Source: Nitrospirota bacterium
GTDB lineage: Bacteria > Nitrospirota > UBA9217
Assembly (NCBI GenBank): GCA_963751455.1
Contig: CAVVUN010000006.1
Location: forward strand, 1 to 64,000
Direction of reading: 5' to 3'
Length of the DNA stretch: 64,000 bases
In this document: in pieces, positions 9,947-20,844 of the stretch
Position numbering within the stretch: the first letter of the stretch is position 1
How the letters are laid out: every line of letters starts with the position of its first letter
Made by a program: the position numbers and the translations under genes
Notes under the pieces: generated by a model
What the model was told of the DNA's origin: nothing
Seen by the model: the letters and a program-made list of their open reading frames with translations, nothing else
The model's database searches: none

Positions 9947-12388
9947 ATGGAAACCAAAAAAGCGATAATCCCCGTCAAGGGCATGACCTGCGTTAATTGC
10001 GCGGCGGCTATCCAGAAAGACATCTCGAAGGTTGCCGGCGTGACCAGCGCCAACGTGAACTTTGCGAACGAGAAAGCCGTCGTTGAATTCGATCCCTCTG
10101 CGGTAGGGCTTGAAAATTTAATAGCGAGCATCGTCGATTCGGGATACCAGCCGGTTACCGAGAACATTTCCCTGCCGGTCCTCGACCTCGACGCGTCCCG
10201 CGCCGGAGAGCTGGAGGCGATCGTATCCCGCATCGACGGCGTCCTGAAGGCCACGGTGAATGCCGGAACGGAAACGGTCGACCTGCAATATGTTCCCGGC
10301 CAGACCGGCATCAGGGATATCAGGCGTGCGATAGAGAAAGCCGGTTTCCTCATTCCGAAGCAGGAAGAGGGCCGTTCAGCGCTGGAGATTGAAAAGGAAG
10401 CGCGCGAGCAGGAGCTTTCCGCACTGCGGACGAAACTGGTCGGCAGCGTGGTCCTCTCAGCCCTCGTTCTGTTGGGCAGTTTTCAGGACATGCTTCCCGT
10501 CGGGGAGATCGTTCCCCGGCGGACAATGTGGTTCATTCTCTTCTTTCTGACCGCGCCCGTCCAGTTCTGGGCAGGCCGTCATTTCTATCAGAACGCCTGG
10601 GCCTCGCTGCGGCACGGCAGCACTAATATGAACACCCTTGTGGTTGTCGGCACTTCCGCGGCATTCGGCTATAGCGCGGCGCTCACGTTTTTCCCTTCCG
10701 TATTCCCGCAGCACGGGAGCCACGCCGGCGCCTACTACGACACGTCCGCGGTGATCATTACGCTCATACTGTTCGGAAAATACCTTGAAGTGCGCGCAAA
10801 AACGCGCGCGGGTGAAGCAATCAAAAAACTCATGGGTCTTCAGCCCCGCACGGCCCGCGTCATTCGTGACGGAGCAGAGCTCGACATACAGATCGAAGAC
10901 GTCGAGTCCGGCGACCTGATCATCGTGCGGCCCGGAGAAAAGATACCGGTCGACGGCATTGTTCGTGATGGGTATTCTTCAGTTGATGAATCCATGCTTA
11001 CAGGCGAGAGCCTTCCGGTCGATAAGAAGATCGGGGACCAGGTAATCGGCGCAACCATCAACAAGACGGGCTCCTTTACGTTCGAAGCGAATAAGGTCGG
11101 CAAGGACACCACGCTATCACAGATAGTGAGGATGGTCCAGGAGGCCCAGGGTTCCAAGGCGCCGATTCAGCGTCTCGCTGATTACATTTCGAGCATCTTT
11201 GTTCCATCGGTCATTACTCTCGCCATTATTACCTTCGGTCTCTGGTACGTGTTCGGGCCTGAAGAAACGAGGTTTTCCTTCGCCCTCCTGAACTTCATAG
11301 CTGTACTGATCATTGCCTGCCCGTGCGCAATGGGGCTTGCGACTCCGACCGCTGTCATGGTTGGAACGGGCAAGGGCGCCGAGCACGGGATCCTGTTCAA
11401 GAACGCGGAAAGCCTGGAGCGAGCTCAGAAGATCGATACGATCGTGCTCGATAAGACCGGTACGCTCACCAGGGGTGAACCGCGCGTAACCGACATTTTG
11501 AGCAACGGAATGACGGAGCAGGAGATCCTTTTCTTGGCCGGGTCCGCTGAAAGAGCGTCGGAGCACCCGCTCGGACAGGCAATCGTTCGCTTTGCGATTG
11601 AGAAAGGCATCACGCTCGACAATAATGACGAATTCGAAGCCCTTCCCGGCCACGGCATAAAAGCCCGGATCAAGGGCAAAACCGTCCTGATCGGGAACGA
11701 GCGTCTGATGGCCGAACAGGGCGTCGCGTTCGGATCATTGTCGCCCCGGATTGTGGAAATGTCCGCCCAGGGAAAGACTCCGATGCTCGTCGCAGTTGAC
11801 AATGCCGCGGCCGGTATAATCGTCGTCGCCGATACTGTGAAAGAGCACTCTCGCGAGGCTGTATCGATGCTTAAGCAACTGGGACTTGAAGTCGTGATGC
11901 TGACCGGCGACAACCGCCGCACTGCCGAGGCAATCGCCCGGGAACTTGGCATCTCGCGCGTGCTTGCGGAGGTGAGACCTCAGGACAAAATGGAAACGGT
12001 AAAAAAACTGCAGTCTGAAGGCCGGGTGGTTGCAATGGTGGGCGACGGAATAAATGACGCGCCTGCGCTCACGCAGGCAGATGTGGGAATAGCGATCGGG
12101 ACCGGCACCGACGTCGCGATTGAAGCGTCCGACGTTACGCTGATCAAGGACGATCTTCGCGCAGTGGCATCGGCCATACGGCTCTCAAGAAAAACCGTAA
12201 AGACAATAAAGATGAACCTGTTCTGGGCTTTTTTCTATAATGTTATCGGCATACCGGTTGCCGCGGGCGTGCTCTTCCCTTTTATAGGAGCAAAGGGCCT
12301 CTTGAATCCGATGTTCGCCTCAGCGGCCATGGCGTTCAGTTCGGTGAGCGTGGTCACGAATTCGCTGCGGCTGAAAAGATTTCAGTAA
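9947..12388 (+). CDS. copA: Copper-translocating P1B-type ATPase
   Basis: GMTCVNC metal-binding domain, [27 protein letters not shown] and MAFSS motifs. Confidence 0.95.
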   Translation: METKKAIIPVKGMTCVNCAAAIQKDISKVAGVTSANVNFANEKAVVEFDPSAVGLENLIASIVDSGYQPVTENISLPVLDLDASRAGELEAIVSRIDGVLKATVNAGTETVDLQYVPGQTGIRDIRRAIEKAGFLIPKQEEGRSALEIEKEAREQELSALRTKLVGSVVLSALVLLGSFQDMLPVGEIVPRRTMWFILFFLTAPVQFWAGRHFYQNAWASLRHGSTNMNTLVVVGTSAAFGYSAALTFFPSVFPQHGSHAGAYYDTSAVIITLILFGKYLEVRAKTRAGEAIKKLMGLQPRTARVIRDGAELDIQIEDVESGDLIIVRPGEKIPVDGIVRDGYSSVDESMLTGESLPVDKKIGDQVIGATINKTGSFTFEANKVGKDTTLSQIVRMVQEAQGSKAPIQRLADYISSIFVPSVITLAIITFGLWYVFGPEETRFSFALLNFIAVLIIACPCAMGLATPTAVMVGTGKGAEHGILFKNAESLERAQKIDTIVLDKTGTLTRGEPRVTDILSNGMTEQEILFLAGSAERASEHPLGQAIVRFAIEKGITLDNNDEFEALPGHGIKARIKGKTVLIGNERLMAEQGVAFGSLSPRIVEMSAQGKTPMLVAVDNAAAGIIVVADTVKEHSREAVSMLKQLGLEVVMLTGDNRRTAEAIARELGISRVLAEVRPQDKMETVKKLQSEGRVVAMVGDGINDAPALTQADVGIAIGTGTDVAIEASDVTLIKDDLRAVASAIRLSRKTVKTIKMNLFWAFFYNVIGIPVAAGVLFPFIGAKGLLNPMFASAAMAFSSVSVVTNSLRLKRFQ

Positions 12389-12444
12389 ACGATTCCTGCC
12401 AAGAAGGCATGTTTTGCTTTTTTCGTGGCACGTAGTGGATTTTT

Positions 12445-12900
12445 ATGAAATTTATCGCTGATGTCATGCTGGGCAGGCTCGCGAAGCGGATGAGACTGCT
12501 GGGATACGACGTGCTGTATGGCAGCGGCCTTGACGACAACGAAATCATCCGTCTTTCCCTCGAAGAGTACCGCATTATCCTCACCCGTGACACAGGACTT
12601 GTGAAGCGGCCCCTTGCGGCCCGTCATTTTTTTATTCATGAAGACAAGGTAGAGGAACAGCTCTCCCGGGTTCTTTCGGCCTTCCCGATTGAAGAGAAGA
12701 TTCTTCCTCTTACTCGCTGTTCACATTGCAATCAGCTCCTGACAAATATCGATAAATCGGACGTCAAGGAACTGGTGCCCGAATATGTTTATCAAAGGCA
12801 AACTGTATTTATGAAATGCAGGTCATGCGGAAGAATCTTCTGGAAGGGAAGCCATGTAGAGCGGATGGGACTAAAAGAAGCCAAAAAAAAGCCGGTCTGA
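12445..12900 (+). CDS. Mut7-C RNase domain (PIN-like plus zinc ribbon) protein
   Basis: FIADVMLGRLAKRMRLLGYD, ILTRD, RCSHCN, CRSCGRIFWKGSH. Confidence 0.9.
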   Translation: MKFIADVMLGRLAKRMRLLGYDVLYGSGLDDNEIIRLSLEEYRIILTRDTGLVKRPLAARHFFIHEDKVEEQLSRVLSAFPIEEKILPLTRCSHCNQLLTNIDKSDVKELVPEYVYQRQTVFMKCRSCGRIFWKGSHVERMGLKEAKKKPV

Positions 12901-12912
12901 ACCAGACCGGCT
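12884..12912. terminator. Hairpin terminator between convergent genes
   Basis: A-tract followed by AGCCGGTCTG-AAC-CAGACCGGCT. Confidence 0.65.
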
Positions 12913-12929
12913 GCGGAATTATATGTGTG

Positions 12930-13439
12930 TTAGATAAAATGATAAATAACGCCGACATCGAACGTTCTGATTGTCGCATCATCGGTATCAAAAGATGCTT
13001 CTGTTCTGGTCCACCCCGCATTCACCGAAAGTTCACGAAACAAATAGAGTTCCACGCCGAAACCGATTCGTAATCCGTTGCCGGAGTCGGATCCACCGGG
13101 CCAGTCCAGTTCTGAAAGGCCGAAGCCTGCCTTCAGATACGGCTCCAGGGTCATTACATTCTGGCTGTCCAGACTGGTAAGAGGGAAGTTAATCCTGAGG
13201 TCCGCTGCAAGGCCTGTCAGATCAGTGCTGTTGTCATAGCTGGTCCTCTCGTAGCTTGCTTCAAATGAAAAATACCGGCCGCTTCCAATTCCGCCGCGAA
13301 AGCCGTAACCGTCACCGGAATCGAGTCCTGACACTTTTGCGGAAGGAATCAGATAGGCGCCGAGAAATGCACCCTCCTTCGCAATTGCCGAACCCGCAAC
13401 AAACATCAATAGAGCAGTTAATACCAGAACTTTTCTCAT
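12930..13439 (-). CDS. Outer-membrane beta-barrel (OmpA-like/porin family) protein
   Basis: Signal peptide MRKVLVLTALL..AIA, alternating beta strands, C-terminal VGVIYHFI. Confidence 0.75.
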   Translation of the reverse strand: MRKVLVLTALLMFVAGSAIAKEGAFLGAYLIPSAKVSGLDSGDGYGFRGGIGSGRYFSFEASYERTSYDNSTDLTGLAADLRINFPLTSLDSQNVMTLEPYLKAGFGLSELDWPGGSDSGNGLRIGFGVELYLFRELSVNAGWTRTEASFDTDDATIRTFDVGVIYHFI

Positions 13440-13599
13440 AAATATTCTCCTTTGACTGGGCAATAGTGAACAAATCATAGCAAAAGATACGCTATTGTCA
13501 AGTCTAAAGTATTAGTTTTCTTTTACGATTTTAAGCGTGGAAAAGAATCCCGGCATCCGCAGGCAAGCCAGGGTTTAAAATCCAGAGTACTGAGAACGA

Positions 13600-14661
13600 C
13601 TATTGCGGTGTCGCAACGGGTTTTTCGGCGGGTTTATGTTCAACCGGTTTTGGCGCGGCTTCAGCATGGGTCTGTGAAGCAGATCGCTTTTGATCAACAA
13701 CAGCCGGTTCATGACCGGCAACTGACGGCTTTTGTTCCGCTCCGGAAGGCTTTTTTTCTGCAACAGCAGGTTGAGCAAGGGCCGGCTTTTGACCCGTACC
13801 AGTGGGCTTTTGTTCGATAATAGCGGGTTGGGCAAGAACCGGTTTCTGCTCTCCACCGGAAGGCTGGTCTGCGGGAGCCGTAATCAGCGGTTTGCGCTTG
13901 GCTGCCTGCTGTAGTGCGGCGGGCTGATTAACAATGCCGGCACGGGTAATCGCCAGATCCCTGACGACATTTACTTTCGGTCCGTTCACGGCAATCTCTT
14001 CGCCATTGAGCACCAGCTTAAGAGATCCTATGTTGCCATAGCTCAGCAAGAACCGCTCGTCGGCGCTCCAGATCAGGTTTTCCCCTTGCTTGAGAACCGC
14101 TTTCTTCTGAGGACTGCCGTCAGTTCTGACCAGGAGCCAGGTATCTTCAAGTGCGATTAATTCAAGATAGAGTTTTTCGGGCGAATGACTCTGGGAGGTG
14201 TCCGTCTGCGCCGAGAAAGCGGGCAGACCGGGCACCGCTGCCGTCTGCACCTCAACCGGACTTTTTGACGGGAACGACGCGAACAGAAAAACGAGCACCA
14301 GGACGCAAATGACAGCTCCCCAGACAAACGGTTCAATCGGTATTTGTTTATTTTTTGTCAGCGCCGGGACGACTGCAGCAGGTTTATCGCTGTCGGCCGG
14401 GACTGAGGGAATAACAGTAACAGCGGATTTCGACTTGAGTTCCGCATATCTCTTCATGATCTCGGCTTCATCAAGATTTAAAAAACGGCCGTAGTTTTTC
14501 AGAAATCCCTTAACGAATACCTCCCCCGGAAGTTTCGTAAAATCCTCGTTTTCAAGCGCCTTCAGATATTGAATGCTGATCCGGGTTTGCTGCGCCGCGT
14601 CCCGCAGGTCAATTTCCTTTTCAACTCGCGCATCATGCAGATACTGTCCTAACGTACCCAT
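13600..14661 (-). CDS. rodZ: RodZ-like helix-turn-helix membrane protein (DUF4115)
   Basis: N-terminal HTH (LGQYL..TRIS..YLKALE...GFLKNY), one TM segment, DUF4115-like domain, low-complexity tail. Confidence 0.8.
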   Translation of the reverse strand: MGTLGQYLHDARVEKEIDLRDAAQQTRISIQYLKALENEDFTKLPGEVFVKGFLKNYGRFLNLDEAEIMKRYAELKSKSAVTVIPSVPADSDKPAAVVPALTKNKQIPIEPFVWGAVICVLVLVFLFASFPSKSPVEVQTAAVPGLPAFSAQTDTSQSHSPEKLYLELIALEDTWLLVRTDGSPQKKAVLKQGENLIWSADERFLLSYGNIGSLKLVLNGEEIAVNGPKVNVVRDLAITRAGIVNQPAALQQAAKRKPLITAPADQPSGGEQKPVLAQPAIIEQKPTGTGQKPALAQPAVAEKKPSGAEQKPSVAGHEPAVVDQKRSASQTHAEAAPKPVEHKPAEKPVATPQ

Positions 14662-14665
14662 TTAA

Positions 14666-15415
14666 TCACCTCAGGGTTTTTATATAATCGTTTGCCTTCA
14701 CAGAAACATCGCTCCGGGGAGCCAGTTCAGACGCCTTCTTAAACTGGACCAGCGCAGCTTTCTTGTTGCCATCTTTGAGGAGCGCGACCGCCAGACTGAA
14801 TCTGATGCTTGCGTTCTGCGGGGCGACGTTTACTCCGTCCTGGAACTCGTTGATGGCGTCCCTGGTTCTTCCGGCTTCATATAAAGCGGTACCGAGCTTG
14901 AATATGGTAAGCTCGAGGTTGACGTATCGTTTCGAGTCTCGATAGGCCGCGATGGCTTTATCGTAGTCCTTCTGTGCCATATACAAATCACCCATATTGA
15001 GATACGGTACATGCGGCGTCTTGTATAATTTATTTTCCAGGGCCTTCCTGAACGCCTTAACTGCCTCATTCCATTTTTGCTGCTTGAAATAAACTACGCC
15101 GAGAGCATTGTACGCCTCGGAAAAATCCCCATCCCTTTCAATGGCCTCCTGGTAATACTTGGCCGAGTCGTCGAGCTTCCCCTGGTAATCGCTGATGAGG
15201 CCGAGGCCGTAATAGGAACTCTTGAAGTTGCTGTCTGTTTGGATCGAACGGTTGAATTCGACGGAGGCCATCTCGTAATTATTTTCCTGAAGATGTGACA
15301 GCGCCTTCATATAATACCCTTCTGCCATTCTGGTTTTATCGACTTTCGGCGCAGTCACCATTGCGCAGCCTGCAAGGACAGTCACGATAAATATTGCTGT
15401 CGTATAGCGCTTCAT
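14666..15415 (-). CDS. TPR lipoprotein, type IV pilus pilotin PilF/PilW/Tgl-like
   Basis: Lipobox LAGC, multiple TPRs, NxLYxTP motif; adjacent to rodZ. Confidence 0.7.
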   Translation of the reverse strand: MKRYTTAIFIVTVLAGCAMVTAPKVDKTRMAEGYYMKALSHLQENNYEMASVEFNRSIQTDSNFKSSYYGLGLISDYQGKLDDSAKYYQEAIERDGDFSEAYNALGVVYFKQQKWNEAVKAFRKALENKLYKTPHVPYLNMGDLYMAQKDYDKAIAAYRDSKRYVNLELTIFKLGTALYEAGRTRDAINEFQDGVNVAPQNASIRFSLAVALLKDGNKKAALVQFKKASELAPRSDVSVKANDYIKTLR

Positions 15416-15523
15416 GATCGGCATCCCTTTGAACTCCTTGCAGTCCCGTACAAGCCGGGACAGTGCCATCTCGATTCTTAACATTGGAATAACAGTATTG
15501 GTCGCCATCGCTCACTCAGAACT

Positions 15524-16372
15524 TCAAAATGATGAGAAAAGCCGAGCGAGCGCTTCCTTGTCCCTGCTCACAACGCCTGCTGAGGCCTGAATGTCCTTTG
15601 CAAGCTGGGTCTTGGGAGCTTTTACAACGCCTGCCTTTACCGCCTCTTCAAGCACATCGCCAGTCCTCTCGAAAACAGGCGATTCGATCGCCGCTGAGGA
15701 CGGGGAAATCATTGTTTTAGCGGCCGGCCCTGCTGTTTGTTTTTTCCGGATATCCTGCGACTGCTGCTGCGGCTCATATCCTGAAGCAGCCGGTTTGCCG
15801 GCAGGTTCACTTTTCGGGGCCACCCCGGGGCGCTCCAGAGCGTTTTGCGTTTCGGAGTCCGGGATAGAAGAGGCAGGCCGGGCCGCGGATGGCTGGGCCG
15901 GGGGTTGAACGACGCAACCAGGAGCGTCGGCTGCATTCACAACGGAAGGTTGTACTGATGGAGAGGAAAAGGCCTGCTCTTCCGTCTTCTTTTTTATCGA
16001 AAATACCTCATGCTCCTCAAACCAGGTTCTCTTTTCCTCCCATGACATTTTATCGATATTTATCACGTCAAGCATGGCGCCAAGATCCTCTGCAAAACCT
16101 AGAGCTTCATTCTCGACGGCGGGCCTCTCCTCGATGGAGAAGGGATTTGCGGAATGAGTATAGTATAGTTTTCGACCGCTGTTGATGAAATTAAGACCGA
16201 TATATGCCGACATCTTGCCGATCCCCTCCCGGAAGAATAAAACGTAGGTTCGGGCCTCTTCAACGCTCATTTCGGGCGTTGCGACCTCGTGGATATTCAT
16301 GGAGAAAAGCAGATGGCAAAGGCTTTTCTCCTTGTTTTTGAGGTCAGTTATGTTGGGGTCGACGGTAAACAT
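15524..16372 (-). CDS. Conserved hypothetical protein resembling the gene found beside tgl in deltaproteobacteria
   Basis: Folded N-domain (ALGFAEDLGAMLD), Pro/Ala-rich linker, C-terminal LARLFSSF. Confidence 0.5.
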   Translation of the reverse strand: MFTVDPNITDLKNKEKSLCHLLFSMNIHEVATPEMSVEEARTYVLFFREGIGKMSAYIGLNFINSGRKLYYTHSANPFSIEERPAVENEALGFAEDLGAMLDVINIDKMSWEEKRTWFEEHEVFSIKKKTEEQAFSSPSVQPSVVNAADAPGCVVQPPAQPSAARPASSIPDSETQNALERPGVAPKSEPAGKPAASGYEPQQQSQDIRKKQTAGPAAKTMISPSSAAIESPVFERTGDVLEEAVKAGVVKAPKTQLAKDIQASAGVVSRDKEALARLFSSF

Positions 16373-16468
16373 AAGAATCAATAACGTGTCAAAGCGTCAA
16401 AGTATCACAGTGCCAAGCACTCTGATACTCTGACACTTCTGTTCAAAGTTCTCTTTTTTAAGCTCCCC

Positions 16469-17377
16469 TCAGATATCTTCAAAGTGCGTCAGCTGCTTGA
16501 ACTCCCGGTACCTTTCCTCTATTTCCTTGTAGTCGAGACTCCTGAGCCGGTCAAGGCTGAACGCCTCAACATTGAGCGAAGCCATCACGCTTCCGAAGAT
16601 GACGGCCTTTCTCATGCTCTCTTCGGAAAAGTTCATCGTACTTGCCAAATATCCGATAAAACCGCCGGCGAACGTATCGCCGGCCCCGGTAGGATCGAAA
16701 ACAGTTTCAAGAGGATAGGCGGGAGCGCTGAACACGCTGTGGCCATTGAACATTAGAGCGCCGTAGCTTCCCTGCTTCACGATGATTGTTTTCGGTCCCA
16801 TCGCCTGCACGATTTTCGCCGCTTTCATCAGACTTGCATCGCCTGCAAGCTGCCGGATTTCGGCTTCATTGATCGTAAGCAGGTCCACTTCTTTCAAGGT
16901 CCGTTTCAGAGCCTCAGATTTGCTTGATATCCAGTAATTCATGGTATCGCAGGCGACAAGCTTCGGTTTCTTCACCTGCCTCAGCACGTCAAGCTGAATT
17001 TCAGGGTCCACGTTGGCTAAAAATACCACGTCGCTGCCGCGGTAGTCGTCGAGAATAGAAGGTTTAAAGGTGGCGAGAACGTTCAGGTCGGTGGCCAGCG
17101 TATGAGCCTCGTTAAGATCGTAGCCGTATTCCCCCTTCCAGCGGAACGTTTGGCCGTTCTGGACCTCGAGACCGCGTGTGTCGACATTCCTGCTTTTGAG
17201 AAACTGGATGTGTTCCCTGGGGAAGTCATTGCCGATTACGGCAACGAGGCGGACATCCGTGAAATAACTGGCAGAGGTTGAAAAATACGTCGCTGAACCG
17301 CCAAGCGCATTATCGACGGTGCCAAAAGGGGTTTTGACCGAATCGAGCGCAACCGTTCCCACTACGAGCAAGCTCAA
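16469..17377 (-). CDS. PfkB family carbohydrate/nucleoside kinase
   Basis: LGGSA and DPTGAGDTFAGG motifs. Confidence 0.9.
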   Translation of the reverse strand: MSLLVVGTVALDSVKTPFGTVDNALGGSATYFSTSASYFTDVRLVAVIGNDFPREHIQFLKSRNVDTRGLEVQNGQTFRWKGEYGYDLNEAHTLATDLNVLATFKPSILDDYRGSDVVFLANVDPEIQLDVLRQVKKPKLVACDTMNYWISSKSEALKRTLKEVDLLTINEAEIRQLAGDASLMKAAKIVQAMGPKTIIVKQGSYGALMFNGHSVFSAPAYPLETVFDPTGAGDTFAGGFIGYLASTMNFSEESMRKAVIFGSVMASLNVEAFSLDRLRSLDYKEIEERYREFKQLTHFEDI

Positions 17378-17387
17378 GAATAACCTC

Positions 17388-18281
17388 CTATTTCGTTTTC
17401 TTCAGATACTTCCCGATGAGCAGAGCCAGGTCTTTCCTGGTCTTTGCCGGCATGAGCTTCTCCGGCGTCATGATCGTATTTCGAAGCGCTTCACCGCATG
17501 CACACTCCCGGGTTTGCGGAAGCATTCGCACGGCCTCGCGGATCATCGCCTTGGATGTTTCAATGTTGTGCTTCATGACGGCAAGGACGGCCTCGACGGT
17601 CACGGCCTCCTCGCTATGGTGCCAGCAGTCGTAATCCGTCGCAAGGGCGATTGTGCTGTAGCAGATTTCCGCCTCGCGGGCAAGCTTGGCTTCGGTGGCG
17701 TTGGTCATGCCGATCACGTCGACATTCCAGCTGCGATAGACGAAGGACTCGGCCCTCGTTGAGAACTGCGGCCCTTCCATGCAAAGGTAGGTGCCCTTAG
17801 GGTGGACAATTGCACCGACGCTTTTTCCCGACTTTATGAGGACGCTGCACAGCCGTGCGCATACCGGGTCAGCCATGCCGACGTGGGCAACGACACCGTT
17901 TCCGAAGAAGGTGCTGTCCCGGCGTTTGGTGTGATCATAGAACTGGTCCGGGATAACGATATCTCCGGGCTTGATCTCTTCCTTCATGCTGCCGACCGCG
18001 CTGACCGAAATGATCCGCTCGACACCGAGTTTTTTCATGCCGAAGATATTGGCGCGGTAATTAATGTGCGTGGGGAGAATGCGGTGCCCGCGGCCGTGAC
18101 GGGGAAGAAACGCCACCCGTTTTCCGTGCAGGGTGCCGATGATATACGCGTCCGAGGGTTTACCGAAAGGCGTCGAAACGTTCACCGTCTTGACACCGGT
18201 AAGCCCTTCCATTTCGTATAAACCGCTGCCGCCGATAACGCCGATGCTGATCTTTTCTGTCCTGGCAGTCCGCTTAGCCAT
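17388..18281 (-). CDS. mtnP: S-methyl-5'-thioadenosine phosphorylase
   Basis: GVIGGSG, FLPRHG, EGPQFSTRAES, GMT, TDYDCW. Confidence 0.93.
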   Translation of the reverse strand: MAKRTARTEKISIGVIGGSGLYEMEGLTGVKTVNVSTPFGKPSDAYIIGTLHGKRVAFLPRHGRGHRILPTHINYRANIFGMKKLGVERIISVSAVGSMKEEIKPGDIVIPDQFYDHTKRRDSTFFGNGVVAHVGMADPVCARLCSVLIKSGKSVGAIVHPKGTYLCMEGPQFSTRAESFVYRSWNVDVIGMTNATEAKLAREAEICYSTIALATDYDCWHHSEEAVTVEAVLAVMKHNIETSKAMIREAVRMLPQTRECACGEALRNTIMTPEKLMPAKTRKDLALLIGKYLKKTK

Positions 18282-18347
18282 TAAATCGTGTCCTATATAA
18301 TTGAGTATACTGATAAATGCCGAGAGCGCATGATCGCGAAGACGAAG

Positions 18348-18614
18348 TTATCCCTGTGTTGCCGCTTCCGTTTCGGTCTTCTTCGCTTCAAGCGTTTCCA
18401 GGAGTTCAACGGGTTTTTCGGGGATGATGGTGGATATGGCGTGCTTGTAGACGAGTTGTTGGTTTTCCTGCTTCATCAGAATGACGAAATTATCGAAACC
18501 CTTGATCGTTCCCGTAAGCCGCGCTCCGTTGACGAGATACATCGTTACCGGAATTTTTTCCTTGCGCATCTGGTTCAAGAATATGTCCTGAAGATTTACC
18601 TGCGACTTTCCCAT
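18348..18614 (-). CDS. hfq: RNA chaperone Hfq
   Basis: [11 protein letters not shown]...YLVNG...FDNF...[10 protein letters not shown]; downstream of miaA. Confidence 0.97.
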   Translation of the reverse strand: MGKSQVNLQDIFLNQMRKEKIPVTMYLVNGARLTGTIKGFDNFVILMKQENQQLVYKHAISTIIPEKPVELLETLEAKKTETEAATQG

Positions 18615-18667
18615 CCACCCCTCCCCTGAGAGCAGTGCCCCCGTACACAAGCAACATCGCTGTTATC

Positions 18668-19615
18668 TTATACCAGGTTATTTGAAATTTCAACGTATTT
18701 CTTTATGCGGGCCGCTATGTCGTAAGCGTTTACGAGCCCGCTGATGTCAACCCAGACCGTCTCCGGTTCCCGCCGGAACCAGGTAAACTGCCGCTTCGCA
18801 AACCGCCTGGTGTCCCGCTTCAGCAGAGCAATCGCCTGGTCGCGCGAAGATTTGCCGTTAAAATAGTCAATGAAGTGTTTGTACCCCAGGGCTTGCAGTG
18901 ATGGAAGGTCCGAACGGTACCCGCGGTCGATTAATGATTTTACTTCCGCCTCAAGTCCCTCGGCTATCATCCAATCGACGCGCTCTTCTACGCGGGAGTA
19001 TAGTTCGGGCCTGTTTCGAACCAGGAAAAGCAGCCGGCAAGAATAGGGCTTCTCCTGAAAACCGTGCTCCCGCTGAAAATCGGAAAGTTTTCGTTCCTTG
19101 AGATAAAAGACTTCGAGCGCCCGCACCGTTCTCCGAAGGTCGTTCGGATGAATCTTGACGGCGGTTTCAGGATCGACCTTGACCAGGTCCGAATAAAGCG
19201 TTCCGGCTCCGGCCTCGGCCTCCCGATTGAGGAACTGCTCGCGCAAAACCATGTCCGCCGACGGTCCGTGGAAGAGCCCCCGGGTAAGGGCCCGGATATA
19301 GAGTCCGGTTCCGCCCACGACCAGCGGAATCCCTCCGGACGCAATGATGCCGTCGATCGCGGAGCGGGCATCCCTCAGGTAGTCGCCGGCGCTGTAGGGC
19401 TGGTCAGGCGCCACGATATCGATCATGTGATGGTAAACGAGCTTGCGCTGTTCCTCTGTGGGTTTGGCCGTACCGATGTTCATCCCCCGGTAAATCTGCA
19501 TCGAGTCGGCGCCGACAATTTCAGCACCGAATTCCCGGGCAAGAAGTATTGATGCATCGGTCTTGCCGACGGCCGTGGGACCGGCTATGATCAGGATAGG
19601 TTTATGGTTCACCAT
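18668..19615 (-). CDS. miaA: tRNA dimethylallyltransferase
   Basis: GPTAVGKT, DSMQIY, GTAKP, VGGTGLY, AKRQFTWF. Confidence 0.97.
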   Translation of the reverse strand: MVNHKPILIIAGPTAVGKTDASILLAREFGAEIVGADSMQIYRGMNIGTAKPTEEQRKLVYHHMIDIVAPDQPYSAGDYLRDARSAIDGIIASGGIPLVVGGTGLYIRALTRGLFHGPSADMVLREQFLNREAEAGAGTLYSDLVKVDPETAVKIHPNDLRRTVRALEVFYLKERKLSDFQREHGFQEKPYSCRLLFLVRNRPELYSRVEERVDWMIAEGLEAEVKSLIDRGYRSDLPSLQALGYKHFIDYFNGKSSRDQAIALLKRDTRRFAKRQFTWFRREPETVWVDISGLVNAYDIAARIKKYVEISNNLV

Positions 19616-19626
19616 ATATATTTATA

Positions 19627-20031
19627 TCAGCGGGTAATTATCTCGACAGGAAATTCGTTCTGACGCCACGCCTTCATGTGCCCCTCGAGACGGTATACGG
19701 CATCATAGCCTGAGAGAAACAGAAGAAAACCGGCTATGCCGGCACGGGGACCGTGTTCACAGTAAAGCACGACAGGGTCCTTTTTTGGATAGACCATATC
19801 GGCAAGACCGTAACGGATTGAATAAAAAGAAATGTGAATTGCGCCGGGTAGATGGTCCTTAGCATACTCTCCTTCCGAACGGACATCGACGATAAGCGGC
19901 GCCTTTCCGTCCCGCATCTGGTTCAAAAGGAGATGTTTGCTGATAGCGGTCCCGCATCCAGGGAGCACGATACTAATCACAAGAAATACACTTGCGATGA
20001 AACGTTCCCTATCTGGCTGCATCTTTTTCAT
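19627..20031 (-). CDS. Rhodanese-like domain lipoprotein
   Basis: LPGC lipobox, DVRS..EY...HLPGA, LYCEHGPRA. Confidence 0.8.
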   Translation of the reverse strand: MKKMQPDRERFIASVFLVISIVLPGCGTAISKHLLLNQMRDGKAPLIVDVRSEGEYAKDHLPGAIHISFYSIRYGLADMVYPKKDPVVLYCEHGPRAGIAGFLLFLSGYDAVYRLEGHMKAWRQNEFPVEIITR

Positions 20032-20797
20032 TCGCCGCAGACCGGGGGTTTTCGCTTTCGCCCATAGCTTTGTGGAGTTTAACGGGCTTTGCCGCTTTCT
20101 TGCGCATTTTTAAGTTCAACATCTCCACTGAAATCGAAAACGCCATTGCAAAATAGATATACCCTTTGGGGATATGCAGACCGAAGCCTTCGACGATCAG
20201 GGTAACGCCTATCAATACCAGGAAACTGAGGGCGAGGATTTTTATGGTAGGGTGCCTGTCCACGAAAGCGCCAATGCCGCGGGACGAAAGCATCATTACG
20301 CCGACTGCCGCTATGATGGCTATGATCATCACCGCAACGTCCTGCGCAAGTCCCACAGCCGTAATGACGGAGTCGAGCGAGAAAACAATGTCGAGGATCG
20401 CGATCTGGATAAGGATTCTGCCGAAGCGGGATGCGCCGGATGCCTCCCTGTCTGCGCCTTCGTCACCCTCAAGGTTCCCGTGTATCTCCATCGTGCTCTT
20501 CCAGAGCAGAAACATGCCGCCGCCTATGAGGATGAGGTCCCTGCCCGAAATTTCCCTGGCCAGGACCGTAAAGAGCGGGGCTGTTAATTTCATGACCCAG
20601 ACGATAGAGAGCAGAAGCGCAATGCGGGTCAGCATGGCGAGCGCCAGACCGATTATTCTCGCCTTCTCCCTCTGCCGCGGGGGAAGTTTGCCCACAAGAA
20701 CGCTGATAAAGATGATATTGTCGACGCCAAGCACGATCTCGAGCGCTGTAAGCGTCAGAAGCGCAATCCACGCCTGCGGATCAAAAAACCATTCCAT
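20009..20797 (-). CDS. TerC family membrane protein
   Basis: LEIVLGVDNIIFI, DIVFSLDSVITAVG, PKGYIYFAMAFS. Confidence 0.93.
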   Translation of the reverse strand: MEWFFDPQAWIALLTLTALEIVLGVDNIIFISVLVGKLPPRQREKARIIGLALAMLTRIALLLSIVWVMKLTAPLFTVLAREISGRDLILIGGGMFLLWKSTMEIHGNLEGDEGADREASGASRFGRILIQIAILDIVFSLDSVITAVGLAQDVAVMIIAIIAAVGVMMLSSRGIGAFVDRHPTIKILALSFLVLIGVTLIVEGFGLHIPKGYIYFAMAFSISVEMLNLKMRKKAAKPVKLHKAMGESENPRSAANEKDAAR

Positions 20798-20844
20798 TGT
20801 GGGTCCTCCGCGTATTCGTTTGAGCCTGCAGCCGGGCCATTTTT

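Noticed and set aside
9706-10353. 331-aa ORF 9358..10353 as a MazG fusion
   Set aside because: The extension is antisense to copA. The MazG domain has its own SD and ATG at 9705.
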